A DNA stretch of 64,000 bases, from assembly GCA_030770535.1 (NCBI GenBank), contig JASVEC010000002.1:930001-994000 (forward strand), written 5' to 3'. Position 1 is the stretch's first letter. Each line of letters starts with the position of its first letter. Made by a program: the position numbers and the translations under genes. Shown here piece by piece: positions 58,183 to 64,000 of this stretch. Source of the stretch: Batkoa obscura. Taxonomy: Eukaryota. The notes beneath the pieces were generated by a model that worked only from the letters and a program-made list of their open reading frames with translations, ran no database searches and was not told the origin of the DNA.

Positions 58183-61100
58183 ATGGCTAATAATAAAAGA
58201 AGGTTAAGTCCAGTTAAAAGTAAAGATTTTCCACGTGGAAAAATCGAGAAGAAGACAAATGATAAAGTTGATGAAAGAGAAAGAGAGGTAATTTAGATTT
58301 TTATTTCTATTTTATTAAAATAAAGACTAATTCTTTTTTCAACAGGATGTTTTATTTTCCACCCCAAAAGAAAAAAAATCTCGTACAGTAAAAAAGAGTA
58401 AGAATACAAAATCTCAAGCGAGTGATGAACCAAAACTTGAATCTGAAGAAGTTAAATTAGATACTACTCTTATTAAGGTAAGCCCTTATTAATTTCATAA
58501 TTTTTCTACAAAAATTAAAACCATTAATCTTCTATAGGATTTATCTACTTCCACCTTAATGTTAGGTACAGTGAGCCGTATCCTACCATTGGGCCTAATC
58601 ATTTCTTTACCAAATATGATCACAGCTAGCTGTGATATAACTGAAATATCTTCTGAATATACCAAACAATTAGAGCTTATAGAATCTGAAGACTCATCCT
58701 CAGTGCCAGATCTCAATTCAATGTATCAATTAGGAGAATATGTATTATGTAGTGTTAAAAAAATTGACTTAGAAAGTAAAAAAGATCGAGTTAAAATTAG
58801 TTTGTTACCTAAAGTGATCAATTCAGGTGTCGTAGCTAAGGACATTACTGAAGGCTTAATGCTTGCTGGTAGCATCAAAAGTATAGAAGATCATGGTATT
58901 CAATTGGATTTAGGTATTAAAGACAAAATTGGATTTTTACCAAAGAGTGAATATGAAGATAGTACCAATGTTTTGATGGTAGGAAAAACGATTATGTGTT
59001 GTATTGAAACTATTAACGGTAGAGTGATTAATTTGAGTTATAACAATAATAATAAAAAGAAAGTAAGTAAACCAATAAGTCATATTAATTCTATCATCCC
59101 TGGTATTCAAGTAGATTGTAAAATTAAACAAGTATTATCGAATGGATTAAAAGTATTATTTATGGGATTTTATGAAGCTACGATTAGTTTTTTTAATTTA
59201 AAAGAAAATCCAATGCATATTCAAGATTTAAATCAACATTATCAAATTGGTAAAAGTTTAAGAGCAAGAGTTATATTAACTAGTATTACTTCAATGGAGA
59301 AAAAGATCCAACTTTCTTTAAGACCGCATATCTTAGCTTTTGTCAATATTCATCAAGCATTGAGTAATTTTAAGCCTGGTAAGCAATTGAGTAAAGTTAA
59401 TATTGTTAGAAACGATCCTCGTTCAGGGTTATTATGTATGGCTTATAAGCAATCAGAAGTTAAAGAAGTGGAGGAAAGTAGCGATGAGGAGGAGGTTGAA
59501 AATGATATTATGGAATCTGAAGAAGGATCTGAAGAAGAGGATGACGATAGTGCTATGGGATCCGATATAGAAGAAGGCAGTGAAGAAGAAAGTAAAGAGG
59601 ACCTTAAAGAATCAAATGAAGAAGAAGAAGAATTTGAAAAGATTCCAATGTTTGTACCATTTTCTAAAGTATCTGATAAAGTATTAGAAAGTTTAAATGT
59701 GAAAGGAGGGCTTTATAATGTTGGTACGGAACATTCTGCAAGAGTCATTGGATCTTATGGATTTGAAGGGTTTATTAGATTAACTTTAGAAGAGTCTGTT
59801 GTTCAAGATGAATTTTATAGTATTAATGATTTAAATCCAGGTATGTTGGTGACTGCTACAGTTAAAGAAATTAAAAAGGGAAAAGGTGTCGAAGTTAGTT
59901 TAAGTAAAAATTTACAACATGCGTTTATCCCATTATCTCAAGTTGCTGATAGTGAAGTTTATGCATTAGATAAACGATTTAAAATTGGACAAACAGTTCC
60001 ATGTAGAGTATTAAAAGTTTATTTAGATACTAAAAGCATTATATTAACTTGTAAGAAATCATTATTGAATAGTAAATTACCAATTATATCAAAAGAGGAA
60101 GATGTTATCCCAGGTGTCCAATCTCATGGTGTTATTTCAAAGATATTAGATACTGGTTGTGTAGTTCATTTTTATAATGGTATATCAGGGTTTGCTCCAT
60201 TAAATCAATTAAGTGAAAAAATAATTGATGAACCTAAGAAAAGTTTTAGAGTGGGTCAAGTAATCAAATGTACTATTAAAAGCAAAACCGAAAATAGGAT
60301 TTCTATTAGTTTTAAAAATATTGAACAAAAAGAAAAGGTGGATCTTAATAAATTAAAAGAAGAAGTAGATAAATTAAAAGTGGGTACCTTAGTCAATGGT
60401 ATTATTTCTTCAATTGAAGATAATCGATTTTTAGTTCAATTAGAAAATAGTAATGTTATGGCAATTTTGTATTATGCTCATTTAAGTGATCATTCGGAAA
60501 AGCATTGTTTTGATATCGCTAAAAATGGATTTAAAATTGGACAATCAATTAAAAATTTATTAATTTTAAGTAAAGACAATCGTATGAAAGTAATTGTTAC
60601 AATGAAGTCATTGATTAAAAAAGCCATTCAATTGAATTCACTATTAGTCCCAGAGAAGATTGAAGGAGTTAAACAAGGAGATGTATTAATTGGATTTGTT
60701 AAAGGATTAACTAATTATGGTGTATTTGTTAACTTTTTAAATGATGTTAAAGGATTAGCTCCATTAAGTAATTTATCTAATAAGTTTGTCAACAATACAG
60801 CTGATTTGTTTTTTATTGGACAAACTGTTATTGCTTTAGTAGAAAATGTTAATCAAAATCAACAAGTTTCATTAAATTTAAAATCGGATATTATTAATCA
60901 AAAAATTGAACAAAACGAACAAATCAAACAATTAAATATTGAACAATTATTTATTCAATCTTATTTTGAAGAAAATGAACAAGTTAAAGTTAAGGATAAT
61001 AAACAAAAACAAGTGAATTATCATTTAGGTCAATTAATTGAAGTTGAATTGAAACAAAAATTAAATTATGGTTGGTTATTTAAAGTTAATAATAATATTG

Positions 61101-61528
61101 AGGGATTAGCTACTTTAGATCATTTACCTCAACAAAATTATTCAATTGGCGATAAAATTCAAGGTAGAATACTAGACATTGATAATCAAAATAATATGAT
61201 AGATTTATCTTTTAATACGAAATTTAATAAAGATAAATATCAACCTAAATTTGATTCAAGTAGTAAATCAAATAAAATGGATAAAGAAGTTAAGGATTTA
61301 TTAATAGAACAATCAAATAATAATAATAATATATCAGCAATTATTGAATTAGTTAAAGAAGATTATTTAATTGTATCTTTACCACAATATAAAGATATAA
61401 TTAGTTATGTTAATATTAAATCATATAATGAGCGTACATCACCTTTTTTAAAATATAAATATTTACAACAAATTAGCTGTAATTTAATTCAATTAAATGA
61501 AAATAGAAATCAAATATTATTAAAATTA

Positions 61529-61586
<58 letters not shown>

Positions 61587-64000
61587 TCAACAATAACAAA
61601 GTCAATAATAATATTAAAGGATTAGAAATTGGTAAAGAAGTTACAGGTATTGTTATGAAAGTATTGAAGAATTCACATAGAATAAGAGTTAGTTTACCAG
61701 AATTTAAAACTAATGGATTAATGGATTTTAATCAAATATTTAGTAATTATAATCAAATTGAAGATCCATTAAAGCCCTTTAAAGATTTCCCAATTAATAA
61801 ACAAATTCAATGTAAAATTATTGATATTTATGAACTAAAAGTAAAAACATCAATTAAAAATAAAAAAAATAAGATCATTGAATTATCTATGTTAAATGAA
61901 GATAACAATAATAAAAAGAATGAATACTCAATTGGTGATAAGGTATTAGGATTTATTAAAGCAGTTGATAAGAAGGGTATTTTAGTTAAATTAAGAAATA
62001 ATCGATTAGGATTAATTAATTATTTTGATATTTCTAAAGAATATAATATAATCAATAATTATCAACAATTGTTTAAAATAGGTATGCCATTAGAAGTAAA
62101 ACTATTAGAAACAATTAAAGAAGATAAAAAAATTGTTAATTTAACTTTAATTAATTGTAAATTATCAACTATCAAGTATGATATTTATCCAATAGCTTAT
62201 CAATCTTTATCTGAAATTAAAGTGGATAGTTTATTAACTGGGAAAATGAATTTGACAGATGTAAAGAAGAATTTAATGAATGGATTTGCTTTAAAATTTC
62301 ATATTAAAAATAATGAATATTCAGAATTAAAAGATATTAATGTTAAAGTACAAATAGATCAATTACAAGATAATTATAAAGATATTATTAATTTTATTAA
62401 TGAGAATTATAATTCCTTTTTAAAGTTAAAAGTATTACAAGTTAATGAAGATACAATATTTGCTTCATTAAGAGAGTCCATTGTTAATAGTAATAATTTT
62501 ACTGGAAGTGTTAAAAACCAGTTATTTGAAGCTATTGAAGATGAATTAATTGAAGGCAATGAAGTTACTGGGTTTGTTAAAAAGATTACAGATCGTGGAA
62601 TTAAATTATATTTAAACAACGATACTTTTGCTTTAATTGATAATGAAGATTTGATTAATTCAATTGGTAAAGATTGGAATAAAAAAATTCAACAATGTGA
62701 TGTTTTAAATGGAAAAGTTAAATCGTAAGTTTAATTCATTATTATTATTATAATCAAATAACAATATTAATCTCATTACTTATTAGTATTATTGATGGCA
62801 AAATCAAACTTAATACTATTACTCCAATCAGTAGTATTATCCCCAAACTTAAAGTCAAAAAACCAATTATTATAGAGAATGGAAGTTTTGTAATTGTCAA
62901 AGCCAAAATATTAAGAGCCCATAAAGGAGCAATTACTATGTTAATATTAAGAAATCGAAAATTGGCTGTTTGTGCTAAAAATGATCATCGATGTGAATTT
63001 CCAAAGAATATTAATAATTTAAAGAAAAATCAAGTTGTAGATGTTGCTTTAATGGATTTTGATGAAAACAAAAATGCTTATTTAGCTTCATTTAATCAAT
63101 TAAGTAAAGATGATGAAGACAGTGAGAACGAAAGTGAAGAGGAAGAGGAAGAAGAGATGGAAGACATCAAAGAAAGTAAAGAGAATGAAGATGAAATTGA
63201 TATGGAAGAAGAGGTTATGGAATCATCTGAAGAAATGGAACCATTGGATATTGATGAAGATGTAGAATCTTCAGAAGAAGAAGGGGATATTATGGATATT
63301 GAAGATGAAATGGAGGACAGCGAATCCGAATCTCAACCAAAAAAGAAAAAAGAAAAGAATCGATATTTATTACCAGAAGATACTACGGCTGATCAAAAAG
63401 CACCTCAAGTAGCTGATGATTATGAAAAATTAATTTTAGCTTCACCCAATGCCTCTTATCTTTGGATTAATTATATGGCGTATCATCTACAATTAACTAA
63501 TTTAGAAAAAGCAAGACAAGTTGGACAAAGAGCATTACAAACAATTAGCTTAAAAGAAGAAAATGAACGATTTAATGTTCATGTTGCTTTAATTAAACTA
63601 GAATATAAATTTGGAACCAAGGAAACATTAGAAAAGCAATTTCAAATATCTAAAGTATCAGTTAATCAACCTAAACATTTGTATTTACAATTAGCTAATA
63701 CTTATAAAGAAGATAAAAACGACCGAGAAGTAGAAAAAGTATATTTACAAATGCAAAAACGATTTGCACAAAGTCAAAAGATTTGGTTGACTCAAGTGGA
63801 ATATTATCTAACTAAAAAACAAAACGAGCAAGCACAAAAAATATTATCTCAATCATTAAAATCATTACCAAAAAGAAAACATATTAAAATCATTTTCAAA
63901 GCTGCTCAATTGCATTATAAATATACGAATTTTGAAACAGCAAGGACTTTATTTGAGGGGATTTTAGCCAATTATCAAAATAAATTGGATATTTGGGCCG
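58183..64000 (+). CDS. RRP5: rRNA biogenesis protein Rrp5 (S1 repeats plus C-terminal HAT/TPR), 3' end outside the window
   Basis: N-terminal DFPRG, tandem S1 domains and SPNASYLWINYMAYHLQ...LEKARQVGQRAL. Introns at ~58288-58346, 58478-58538 and 62726-62786. Confidence 0.95.
61528..61582 (+). repeat. (AAT)n poly-Asn tract in RRP5
   Basis: About 18 AAT units in frame. Confidence 0.9.

Overview
AT-rich eukaryotic DNA with short spliceosomal introns. It is most likely an early-diverging fungus, possibly Entomophthorales/Conidiobolus-like; this is an inference from intron style, a class A GPCR and an RNPC3-like gene. Host genes: CAF-1 large subunit (partial), V-ATPase subunit d (VMA6), a full Dicer, an inverted pair of paralogs sharing a 479-bp identical tract, a pseudogenised Ser/Thr-rich secreted protein, a rhodopsin-family GPCR, HSP20, tRNA-Gly(TCC), an IQ-motif protein, an RRM-less U11/U12-65K (RNPC3)-like gene, a YTAPAYTSS-repeat secreted protein and RRP5 (partial). 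The mobile DNA has three parts. (1) An intact 2.44-kb Sola-like DDD DNA transposon (GGGG termini, ATAT target duplication) sits in inverted orientation inside an older copy of itself, just upstream of Dicer; further fragments are present. (2) About 28 copies of a related ~98-bp MITE are scattered through the window. (3) A very young, complete Ty3/Gypsy element has apparently identical 400-bp LTRs, a -1 frameshift signal and a dUTPase-like domain lacking its catalytic residues; an older solo LTR is also present. All coordinates and identities were read by eye and no searches were run.
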